From Ylistrum balloti (taxonomy: Eukaryota): DNA of 64,000 nucleotides. Every line of letters starts with the position of its first letter. Position 1 is the stretch's first letter. The DNA is taken from positions 930,001 through 994,000 of the forward strand of contig NW_026782195.1 of the NCBI RefSeq assembly GCF_031769215.1, written 5' to 3'. Made by a program: the position numbers and the translations under genes. The notes under the pieces were generated by a model that ran no database searches, had not been told where the DNA came from, and worked only from the letters and a program-made list of their open reading frames with translations. Positions 53,076 through 64,000 of the stretch are shown piece after piece.

Positions 53076-53817
53076 CCCTAACCGGTCTCATCGTACTATC
53101 AACTGACTGACAAGTATTTCTTTTATTGAAAACGGGCGTGAAAAAAGGACATGAAATACTAGTATCGTCTCGAGACAAAACTCATCGTATCTTAAACGTG
53201 TACTTAAAAAGAGCAATGGTTAGGCAATATCAACGCAGACAATTTAGAAAAAACAGAAGCTGACGAAGAAGAAAATAGAAAATGATTAAAAGGAAATTGA
53301 CACTCTTTGATCGTGCAACGGTAACAGCAAATCCAGTTCTCAAGCCTTATCTGCAGGGCACTTTGTGTATATTATGTTTGCATATTACTTCAGTATTTTG
53401 TATGGAAAGGTTCAATGACAATGTTGATATGATCAATCCTTAACATGTCACCTCGTTGAGTGAGTTTGTCATCAAAGGAAAACACTGAAGTGTTTGTAGA
53501 AATTTCTACACTCCTATCAAAAGTTTTAACGTGACGTATTATAGTATGGCGTTGTCCATCTGTCTATGGTTTTTTTATTTGCCCGGAGATCTTCTTGCAA
53601 TATTTGAGAGTTACATATTTGCATGCTGCTATTCTTGTACAGAGATCTCATACCACAGTTATCAACCGACATTTTTCAAACTTGAAAGGATTGACATGAA
53701 GTTTGTTTTCCTGATCTGCCGTTAAATTAAAATAATTTTGAAGAATTAACTGTTCCTTTTGTTTTCATAATGTAAATAAATCTTGGCCGAAAATCTTCTC
53801 TTTCAGTAATCAATTTA

Positions 53818-55270
53818 ACACAGGAATGGCGGACACCTGTACCCTATCTACTGTCTATAACACAGGTATGGTGGACACCTGTACCCTATCTACTGTCTAT
53901 AACACAGGAATGGTGGACACCTGTACCCTATCTACTGTCTATGACACAGGAATGGCGGACACCTGTACCCTATCTACTGTCTATAACACAGGTATGGTGG
54001 ACACCTGTACCCTATCTACTGTCTATAACACAGGTATGGTGGACACCTGTACCCTATCTACTGTCTGTGACACAGGAATGGCGGACACGTGTACCCTATC
54101 TACTGTCTGTAACACAGGAATGGTGGACACCTGTACCCTGTCTACTGTCTATAACACAGGACTGGCGGACACCTGTACCCTATCTACTGTCTATAACACA
54201 GGAATGGTGGACACCTGTACCCTATCTACTGTCTATGACACAGGAATGGTGGACACCTGTACCCTATCTACTGTCTGTGACACAGGAATGGTGGACACCT
54301 GTACCCTATCTACTGTCTGTAACACAGGAATGGTGGACACCTGTACCCTATCTACTGTCTGTAACACAGGAATGGTGGACACCTGTACCCTATCTACTGT
54401 CTGTGACACAGGAATGGTGGACACCTGTACCCTATCTACTGTCTATGACACAGGAATGGCGGACACCTGTACCCTATCTACTGTCTGTGACACAGGAATG
54501 GCGGACACTGTACCCTATCTACTGTCTGTGACACAGGAATGGCGGACACCTGTACCCTATCTACTGTCTATGACACAGGAATGGTGGACACCTGTACCCT
54601 ATCTACTGTCTATGACACAGGAATGGCGGACACCTGTACCCTATCTACTGTCTGTGACACAGGAATGGCGGACACCTGTACCCTATCTACTGTCTGTAAC
54701 ACAGGAATGGCGGACACCTGTACCCTATCTACTGTCTGTAACACAGGAATGGCGGACACCTGTACCCTATCTACTGTCTGTCACACAGGAATGGCGGACA
54801 CCTGTACCCTATCTACTGTCTATAGCACAGGAATGGTGGACACCTGTACCCTATCTACTGTCTATGACACAGGAATGGCGGACACCTGTACCCTATCTAC
54901 TGTCTGTGACACAGGAATGGCGGGACACACCTAACAGTACTGTCACACAGGAATGGCGGACATCTACTGTCTGTAACACAGGAATGGCGGACACCTGTAC
55001 CCTATCTACTGTCTGTGACACAGGAATGGCGGACACCTGTACCCTATCTACTGTCTGTGACACAGGAATGGCGGACACCTGTACCCTATCTACTGTCTGT
55101 GACACAGGAATGGTGGACACCTGTACCCTATCTACTGTCTATGACACAGGAATGGCGGACACCTGTACCCTATCTACTGTCTATAACACAGGAATGGACG
55201 ACTCCTGTACCCTATCTACTGTCTATAACACAGGAATGGACGACTCCTGTACCCTATCTACTTTCTATAA
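53818..55270. repeat. 42-bp tandem minisatellite, about 34 copies
   Basis: Unit caggaatgg(c/t)ggacacctgtaccctatctactgtct(a/g)t(a/g)aca. Confidence 0.97.
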
Positions 55271-55614
55271 GAGATGGAGATTGTGTTTGGTTACCTGCGG
55301 TCTTTCTCCTGTCAGGGTCGATTGAAAATAATGCAGGTATAATATTATATGGTAACGTTTTATTTTTCAGTAGAAGCAATATAAATAGCAACAATTGGGT
55401 CCTGTGAAAGACATGTGGGTCCAGTTGTGTAAAGATCATCACCAATAGATTAGATCAGGATAAGAAATGGTCATCAATACCATATCATACACGGACATTG
55501 ACTGAAACACAAGATCGATATAGAGCAATATCGAAATCGGTCACCACCAACTTGCGAACTGATAACTGATATCTGAACTGCAGTTGTTCAAAATGTGCAT
55601 ACACAATGATACTC

Positions 55615-58600
55615 TCACTTTGTATCGACAAACACTGGGTTTTGTTTACTTCCATCAACAGGCAATTTCCCGCCAATAGTTTTTGCTGTATGTATAAGAC
55701 CAGATGTCTGTTCGAAATTTGCCTTGACATTTTTCTCCGTTGTGACGTCAGAACTGTCAAAGCCTGCGTTGTCAATGCCAATCGAGGATGTACCGCTGCC
55801 ACTTCCGGTGTGCTGTTTGCTTATTCTGACCTTATTGAACATCTCTTCGACTTTTGACTTCGGCGTCAGACCTATCCGAAAGAAGCCGATTTTCTCCTCT
55901 TTGATTTTTCGGCAGTCAACAACAGTGGAGGCAATATTCTCAGGGGAAGGACCGTCCGCAAGAATCCCGTCACACTACAAATAATAAACATCCCGCTTTG
56001 ATTGATACTTAGTCAATTGTGTTCTTGACTATAATAAAAAATATGTTTAAACTACATCGTCATAATTAAATCTCCATCGCCAAATATTGAATTAACTGCA
56101 AAAGTTTTGAATTGATGACAGATATATTTTGGTACATCAGTGACACATTAATGTCATGCCATCGTTACGACTTACATTTTTCACTCCTAGTTTGGCTACA
56201 ACCTGTAGATGATGGGTAGTATCTGCCTCTCCAGTGGGATTTGCTGACGTCACAGCTATAGGGCCAGTCTGGTCAATCAGGTGACACACGATCGTATTGT
56301 CCGGAATTCTCAATGCTATACTGTCCGGTTTACCAATTAGTTTTTCAGCTTCCCCTAACCCCAATATCTTGACCCATTCACCTGATGGAACCAAAAAGTG
56401 CATTCTTACGCATGTTAACTTGAAAAGTTTAATTTACCGAGAGTCAAACATTTAGGATATATTGACGTTTTTCTAGACGCCATGGTATATCTATCGTTCT
56501 AATGATATCACAGAGGAAGTCAGATTTACGAACCTCTATTCAACACCAGGCTGATATTAGAAGGCCACACTTCTTGCATAAAGTTCCAACAGATATCACC
56601 CAGTTCCATACGAGCCTTCTCAATCTGTTTGATGTTAGATATCCAAACAGACATGGGCCGATCCTCTGCCAGAGTCTTAGTATTGTAAGCTCTCTACAAT
56701 ATAACGCTCTTCTGTATTACTTCATGTAGTAGGTTCCTGTATATCCACTTTACATCACTCCAAATAAGTAGTATGTTTTTGTAATCTGTCCATCACACAT
56801 CATATGTCACTCCACATCAGTAGTATTGTTTTATAATCTCTCTCTCATATATCATACGTCACTCCACATCAGTAGTGTTGTTTTATAATCTCTCTCTCAT
56901 ATATCATACGTCCACATCAGTAGTATTGTTTTTGTAATGTCTCTCATATATCATACCTCACTCCACATCAGTAGTAATGTTTTATAATCTCTCTCTCATA
57001 TATCATACGTCACTCCACATCAGTAGTATTGTTTTATAATCTCTCTCTCATATATCATACGTCACTCCACATCAGTAGTATTGTTTTTGTAATCTCTCTC
57101 ATATATCATACGTCACTCCACTTCAGTAGTGTTGTTTTTGTACTCACTCTCTGACATATCATACATCACTCCACATCAGTAGTGTTGTTTTTGTACTCAC
57201 TCTCTGACATATCATACATCACTCCACATCAGTAGTGTTGTTTTTGTACTCACTCTCTGACATATCATACGTCACTCCACATCAGTAGTATTGTTTTTGT
57301 AATCTCTCGCATATATCATACGTCACTCCACATCAGTAGTATTGTTTTTGTAATCTCTCTCATATATCATACGTCACTCCACATCAGTAGTATTGTTTTA
57401 TAATCTCTCTCTCATATATCATACGTCACTCCACATCAGTAGTATTGTTTTATAATCTCTCTCTCATATATCATACGTCCACATCAGTAGTATTGTTTTA
57501 TAATCTCTCTCTCATATATCATACGTCACTCCACATCAGTAGTATTGTTTTATAATCTCTCTCTCATATATCATACGTCACTCCACATCAGTAGTATTGT
57601 TTTTGTAATCTCTCTCATATATCATACGTCACTCCACATCAGTAGTATTGTTTTATAATCTCTCTCTCATATATCATACGTCACTCCACATCAGTAGTAT
57701 TGTTTTATAATCTCTCTCTCATATATCATACGTCCACATCAGTAGTATTGTTTTATAATCTCTCTCTCATATATCATACGTCACTCCACATCAGTAGTAT
57801 TGTTTTATAATCTCTCTCTCATATATCATACGTCCACATCAGTAGTATTGTTTTGTAATCTTTCTCTCGTATATCAAACGTCACTCCACATCAGTAGTAT
57901 TGTTTTATAATCTCTCTCTCATATATCATACGTCACTCCACATCAGTAGTATTGTTTTTGTAATCTCTCTCATATATCATACGTCACTCCACATCAGTAG
58001 TATTGTTTTATAATCTCTCTCTCATATATCATACGTCACTCCACATCAGTAGTATTGTTTTATAATATCTCTCTCTCATATATCATACGTCACTCCACAT
58101 CAGTAGTATTGTTTTAATATCTCTCTCATATATCATACGTCACTCCACACCAGTAGTATTGTTTTATAATCTCTCTCTCATATATCATACGTCCACATCA
58201 GTAGTATTGTTTTATAATCTCTCTCTCATATATCATACGTCACTCCACATCAGTAGTATTGTTTTTGTAATCTCTCTCATATATCATACGTCACTCCACA
58301 TCAGTAGTATTGTTTTATAATCTCTCTCTCATATATCATACGTCACTCCACATCAGTAGTATTGTTTTATAATCTCTCTCTCTCATATATCATACTTCAC
58401 TCCACATCAGTAGTGTTGTTTTTGTACTCACTCTCTGACATATCATACATCACTCCACATCAGTAGTGTTGTTTTTGTAATGTCTCTCATATATCATACG
58501 TCACTCCACATCAGTAGTGTTGTTTTTGTAATCTCTCTCTCTCTCTCTCTCCTATCATACCTCACTCCACATCAGTAGTATTGTTTTGTAATCTTTCTCT

Positions 58601-61600
58601 CATATATCATACGTCACTCCACATCAGTAGTATTGTTTTATAATCTCTCTCTCATATATCATACGTCACTCCACATCAGTAGTATTGTTTTGTAATCTTT
58701 CTCATATATCATACGTCACTCCACATCAGTAGTATTGTTTTATAATCTCTCTCATATATCATACCTCACTCCACATCAGTAGTATTGTTTTGTAATCTTT
58801 CTCTCATATATCATACGTCACTCCACATCAGTAGTATTGTTTTGTAATCTTTCTCTCATATATCATACGTCACTCCACATCAGTAGTGTTGTTTTTGTAC
58901 TCACTCTCTGACATATCATACGTCACTCCACATCAGTAGTATTGTTTTATAATCTCTCTCTCATATATCATACGTCACTCCACATCAGTAGTATTGTTTT
59001 ATAATCTTTCTCTCATATATCATACGTCACTCCACATCAGTAGTATTGTTTTGTAATCTTTCTCTCATATATCATACGTCACTCCACATCAGTAGTATTG
59101 TTTTGTAATCTTTCTCTCATATATCATACGTCACTTCACATCAGTAGTATTGTTTTGTAATCTCTCTCTCTCATATATCATACGTCACTCCACATCAGTA
59201 GTATTGTTTTGTAATCTCTCTCTCTCATATATCATACGTCACTCCACATCAGTAGTATTGTTTTGTAATCTTTCTCTCATATATCATACGTCACTCCACA
59301 TCAGTAGTATTGTTTTGTAATCTTTCTCTCATATATCATACGTCACTCCACATCAGTAGTATTGTTTTGTAATCTTTCTCTCATATATCATACGTCACTT
59401 CACATCAGTAGTATTGTTTTGTAATCTCTCTCTCTCTCTCATATCATACGTCACTCCACATCAGTAGTATTGATTTTGTAATACCTACCTGTTGTTTTAG
59501 ATGGCAAGATATTAGTAGAATATCACAAAGATTATTTAAAAACATCAAATCAATAGTAGCAAGTGGGCAACGTACAGTTATCTTACCTTCCTTGTACCTG
59601 TTACATACTATATATAATATTTATAACTAGCTTATGTCAGAAAGACTGTCCTTAATTGGCTAGGATATCGTCCGTTCCAAGTAGTCGTTCCAGCACTTAA
59701 AAACAAGGATGATCAATATCCCATATTGGAAATCCCCTTGAGTTTCCACTGATAAGGAAGTCATATACATACCTGTATGATTTTATTAAGTTAATCAATC
59801 TTACTTCAACTTGTACAAACAAGTTTCTATGGCACTTCCAATCGACACCATTTGACCTTACCTTGATATTCAGAACTTTTACTTGTCAGGTAAAAATGAT
59901 ATAGGTAATATACTTTTCGTTATCTACTTCAGGTATACAATTGTTCTTTGAAAGGGTAGAGGTCAGTATTGTATTACTGTCAAATTTTGTATTTTTTTTT
60001 CTAATGATATAAATGGTCATCATGAAACCAGATCATAAATACCAAAGATTTGTAGGAAATGTCAACTGCAATATGTTACCTTGTCATGCTGATTACAACT
60101 TAATTTAATCTAATTATCGACATTGCAAGATGTCAAGTGGAACGGCTATTTTGACGGAGAAACGTCGCCGTTTCTATGACCACGATACTGACGTCATAAT
60201 GGTCAAGCACTGAATGTTAAATAGTACATTCTTTTGAATATATCGATCTATATTTATATATTTGAAAAGAATAAAATCAATATGGCAAATGTATTCCGCT
60301 AACGTGTTCAGGCCTAACGGCCATCTTCAGGCAATAATTCATTATACATTTGTCGTGTTGATTTTATTATTTTCAAATATTTTATCGATACGATGCATCT
60401 ATGTTTATATATTTATATATATATATATAAAACAATATCTTGTATTATTACATCATTTTGCTGCATAGTGGCATTACTGTCCAAACATAATTTGAAATAG
60501 TGACGTAAATCAATTAAAAAATCACACGAGTGAAATGTCATATTTGAACGCTAGATTTTTTTTAAGCGGTCTAATTATTAACTCAATTTCGATGTAATTT
60601 CTGCGACTAGTGCTTGTTAATTTCTTCAGGTGCCAGTAATACTTGTTACTCTGACTTAAAACCGTATGTAACAGATGATATCAAACTTTGGAGTCTTGCT
60701 TCAGAACCTGCTGGCTCTAGACTTACCATCACTGCCTGTGGTTGATTACACGCAGCTACCAATACATACACAGTGTCTGTAGGAATACCACAAATACCGC
60801 CGTTTCTCAGGATTTCTAAGGACGATAAAAAAACAGACAGTATTCCATTATGCTTATATCAATACCAAGCTTTCTAGATTTTATAAATGAGATAGGCTGG
60901 CGTTGATTCTAATTTACAGGTGTAATTTCCACATACCTGCTGTTTGTTTCACACCAGTCGCCCGTCTTGGATCCATGAACAGCGCTTTGGAGCGATCCGA
61001 GTGTAGTTTGCTGACTTGAAGTAGAGGTTTACCCAATGGAAGAATGTCCCTTCCCCAAACATTTTTCAATATGGCCGACATAGCTCCGTACATAAATATC
61101 AAGACATAGGCTATGGCAATTGCAATCTCCAACCCTCCATAGTTACTAACACCAAGACCACGTAACAAGAACGCGACAACGAGAAGGCAAAAAACAGAGG
61201 AAATCAACAACCAAATCTTGTTTATAGTGGTAGACAAACCGAGAAAAAGTAAACCAGTCACCAGGAAACCAACCAGGCCGACCACCAAAGTCACGCCCTG
61301 AGCCCCTTCAATGATATCTAGGGCTCGCACCGATCCCCAGATAGACCAAAAGCTTGCATATAGAAGAAAAGAACAGCTTTCAAATGTTAACCCTCTGGAG
61401 AAACTTACAAAACCAACAGCAAACTGAATCAGTCCCCCGAAACCTACGGTCCATGGTAAAATTAACGGGGCTGATCCAGAAGGTATCCACACGAGAGAAA
61501 ATGCTGCCACGGCGTTAGCCGCGAATCCTACACTTTGAGAGTCGACATACTTTGAGTAGCCCAGCATAATGTCTTCTGACAATTTATGAGAATCTGATAG

Positions 61601-63172
61601 GATGTCTGTCGTTTGTCTGTTCTTACCTAATTTTTGAAAACATGAAAATAATTTCGTGAGTTTTTGATTTTCCATAATGTTGTCACCCAATGGAAACCTT
61701 ATTTCCAGTTCTGTTAAACGAGTTGAAGAAGCAATTAGGCCATAGAGTGAGAGGACAATACCAGCCCATCCCATCACTCCTATGAACACACCCTCAAGTC
61801 CATCTACACCCAGAGAAAGTACGAACAGCGACATCATCAGATAATACACGGAGCTAAATAACTCGAGCTTAATTTCAACTACAGCAAGTAGAAAGAAGAA
61901 TAAAAACAAGACGGCTGATGTGGGAACAATGAAGTTCATCTCTCTCCACACATAGTTTTCTGCCATTAAGCTCGACCCAACAGCAAACCAAAACAGACCA
62001 AAAATAATGACATTGCTAGCACTATGGTGACTAGTCCTTCTTAATGACGCAATGCCAACCACTATTTCGAAGATGCCGGAAGTTATCAGCCACGGAAAGG
62101 AAAACCGCGTATCAGAAATGATATTGATGACGTAACTAGCAAATGTGGTAAAACAAACAATATTCAAGGAATACATTAAAAGTAAATGATCCCTGTGAAT
62201 TGATGTATTTGGCGAGTTTGTTTCAGTTTTCAAATTGTCCGGAGATACAAAGTTTGAGCGTTTATAATGTGAAGTTACGTTTGAAAAACAGAAATAAAGA
62301 AAAATCAAAGTGAGCAAAACATGAAGAACCCCCGTTCCTTGTACACTAACAAACAAATTAATTATTTCAAACGTAAACATGACCAAACAAATAAGCGAGA
62401 CTGCAGCGCATGACCGGAAGTCCTTGCTTGTTAGAGAAGTACCTAGGTAAACGAGAAACACCAACATGAGACCTCCATAACCCGGAAACAAGGTTTCGTG
62501 AGCAGAAACATAGTGCTCGGACGATTGATTCTGTGAATAGTTGACCTCTGTCCAAATGTGATTGACCCCAACGCTTGACCAGAGCACTGCCAAACAAAGG
62601 ACCACAGACTGAAGAAGCTGTCTGTGTGGGGAGGGTGACGTCACTCCTGTAACATAACACCCAGTTATGTAAAATGTAGTCTTGAATATTTCCCCAACTT
62701 AATATAATCTATATCACCAGCTAAAATCTTATCATATGTTTGTAAGAGTGCATATGTTGTGGTATTTGAGACGCAGTGGAATCGGCATTAAACTGTCATA
62801 GTAAGTGATTTAAAGATCAAAGTCATAAAAAAAAGTTTCGATGAAAGAAATATATCTTACACAGTGCTAATTAAACAAAATGGAACCATTCTGAAATATT
62901 TGGTGGATCAGAATTTAAAATGAGAGGTGAAGAAAGCATATCAAAGTCGTTCACAAAATCAGATATCTATATTACTTATATGTAGACAATAAAAACTTAC
63001 CAGTGAGTAGGATAGCCAATGAGAACACTAACAGCGAAACACCATACGGAATATTGGTTATTACAGCATTGGATCGCTTTGTTGTGATAGTATTGACACT
63101 GGTGAGAGCAAAAAGGAGGCTGACAAGTAAAAATCCGGACGCAGCGGCGGAGTCCACTTCGTTGCCACTCAT
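55615..63172 (-). CDS. Multi-pass AceTr (GPR1/FUN34/YaaH, SatP-like) membrane region fused to a YrdC/Sua5-like domain, 898 aa, 6 exons
   Basis: Exons 63001-63172, 60937-62646, 60727-60815, 56534-56693, 56176-56381 and 55615-55974 join in frame with canonical GT-AG (2697 nt). YrdC motifs: ILRNGGICGIPTDTVY, WPSNISLVL, ALRIPD, IAVTSANPTG, ASTVVD, FRIG. SatP-like motif GGLIQFAVGFVSFSRGLTFESCSFLLYASFWSIWG. AATAAA on the minus strand at 55359-55364. Confidence 0.88.
56765..59480. repeat. ~52-bp tandem minisatellite, about 52 copies, filling most of intron 3 of the fusion gene
   Basis: Unit catatatcatacgtcactccacatcagtagtattgttttataatctctctct, with a variable (CT)n tract and recurring sub-types. 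Confidence 0.97.
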
Positions 63173-63673
63173 TTTGGTATCGTTTCCACCTCGATTGGAT
63201 CTAGAATGACGCCACACTTATATATCAAAGACAATAAGGTACCAATGGAGGAAACGCCTAATCGGTCATAGGTACGCCATTATTTCATCAAAGAGCGCTT
63301 GGTTTTCTAAAAATACATACAACGGCAGTTTCTTCCTGGTTCGTGAAAGTCGACTATGATTGGTTTTCAGTTATCTATATATATATAAGGGTGGAGTTTT
63401 TAAAATGGTTCAAGGAATGTTTAATTATTTATCATTGTCTAGTTCCGGGTCTTTATATTGCGCTGCCTAAAGAGACATAGATAATATTGTAGTTGGTGGG
63501 CGGGAATTGGGAACGCCCCCTACCATAAATGAAGCCATATTCACTTGAAAAGTACTGGAAAACGGTCATTGATATAAATTGTTGCTTATCGTGTACATAA
63601 GCTATCAAAGAAATCCGAATACACAAAACGACAATTCTGATCGCAAAAGAACATCAAGGTTCTGTGTATAAAG
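63173..63673. promoter_or_regulatory. Bidirectional promoter / 5'UTRs between the fusion gene and the AceTr-like gene
   Basis: ATGs are 501 bp apart and divergent. TATA-like tract near 63376-63387 (minus) and TATAAA at 63573-63578 (plus); GC-rich core with GGGGCGTTCC (kappaB consensus, minus strand) at 63510-63519. Confidence 0.55.
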
Positions 63674-63836
63674 ATGGAGGAGACTCGAACGAGCGGGCGC
63701 GGTGTTCCCTTCGCGTCAATACTATACAGTGAGCCCGGGGCCCTGGGGCTTATGGCCAATATCATGTCTGCCCTGATAGTGGCTATGGGAAACATGACGG
63801 TAGGGGACGAGACAAAACTCACTCTCATCATTGCAG
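63674..63836 (+). CDS. First exon of a second GPR1/FUN34/YaaH (AceTr)-like membrane protein; the gene continues beyond the window
   Basis: MEETRTSGRGVPFASILYSEPGALGLMANIMSALIVAM... ending at G|GTAAGC (phase 1). YSEPGALGLMAN resembles the family signature NPAPLGL and aligns with YVDSQSVGFAAN in the fusion protein. Confidence 0.7.
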
Positions 63837-64000
63837 GTAAGCCATACGAATGCTTCTGTTGTTTAGTGTAAAATACATGTATGTGGGAGCTGATGTATTG
63901 GGTTTATAACCACGGAATTAGATATAGAACTAAGTCTGTGATTATAACTCAACAAAACGTTTGTATTTAGGCTTTGGTGTTTATTAATTAGATGTATATC

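Noticed and set aside
53826-55407. 499-aa MADTCTLSTVYNTG-repeat ORF, antifreeze- or mucin-like in appearance
   Set aside because: 42-bp satellite with frame switches, antisense to and downstream of the fusion gene's polyA signal; no signal peptide.
59480-59880. Several strong donor-like sites on the minus strand in intron 3, suggesting micro-exons
   Set aside because: Exons 3 and 4 already join in frame and align with YrdC without a gap (AVM|RAYNTK); no extra exon is needed.
14606-63836. Bacterial contamination as an explanation for the prokaryote-like gene set
   Set aside because: All four genes have spliceosomal introns with consistent phases and sit among animal transposons next to neurensin.

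Overview
AT-rich animal genomic DNA with spliceosomal introns; style and repeat content suggest a mollusc (inference). About a fifth of the window is short-unit tandem repeat, and there is one N-gap at 43357-43492. Five genes can be built by hand with in-frame GT-AG junctions. (1) Neurensin, single coding exon, minus strand. (2) A compact 4-exon PhyH-family Fe(II)/2-oxoglutarate dioxygenase, minus strand, 261 aa. (3) A 4-exon ACOD1/IRG1 cis-aconitate decarboxylase, plus strand, 521 aa, with an extra N-terminal presequence-like segment. (4) A 6-exon, 898-aa fusion of a roughly three-fold repeated GPR1/FUN34/YaaH (SatP/AceTr) carboxylate-channel region to a non-canonical YrdC/Sua5 domain, minus strand. 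(5) The first exon of a second AceTr-like gene, head-to-head with (4). Mobile elements: a decayed ISL2EU-type DNA transposon with long TIRs, plus CR1-like and Penelope-like fragments. Main hypothesis: genes 2-5 form an animal, immune-inducible metabolic gene cluster built around itaconate (make, modify, export). It is arranged as two divergent pairs with kappaB, IRF-E, GAS and TFEB/MITF-type motifs. Function and novelty are inferred and need synteny, expression and biochemical tests.
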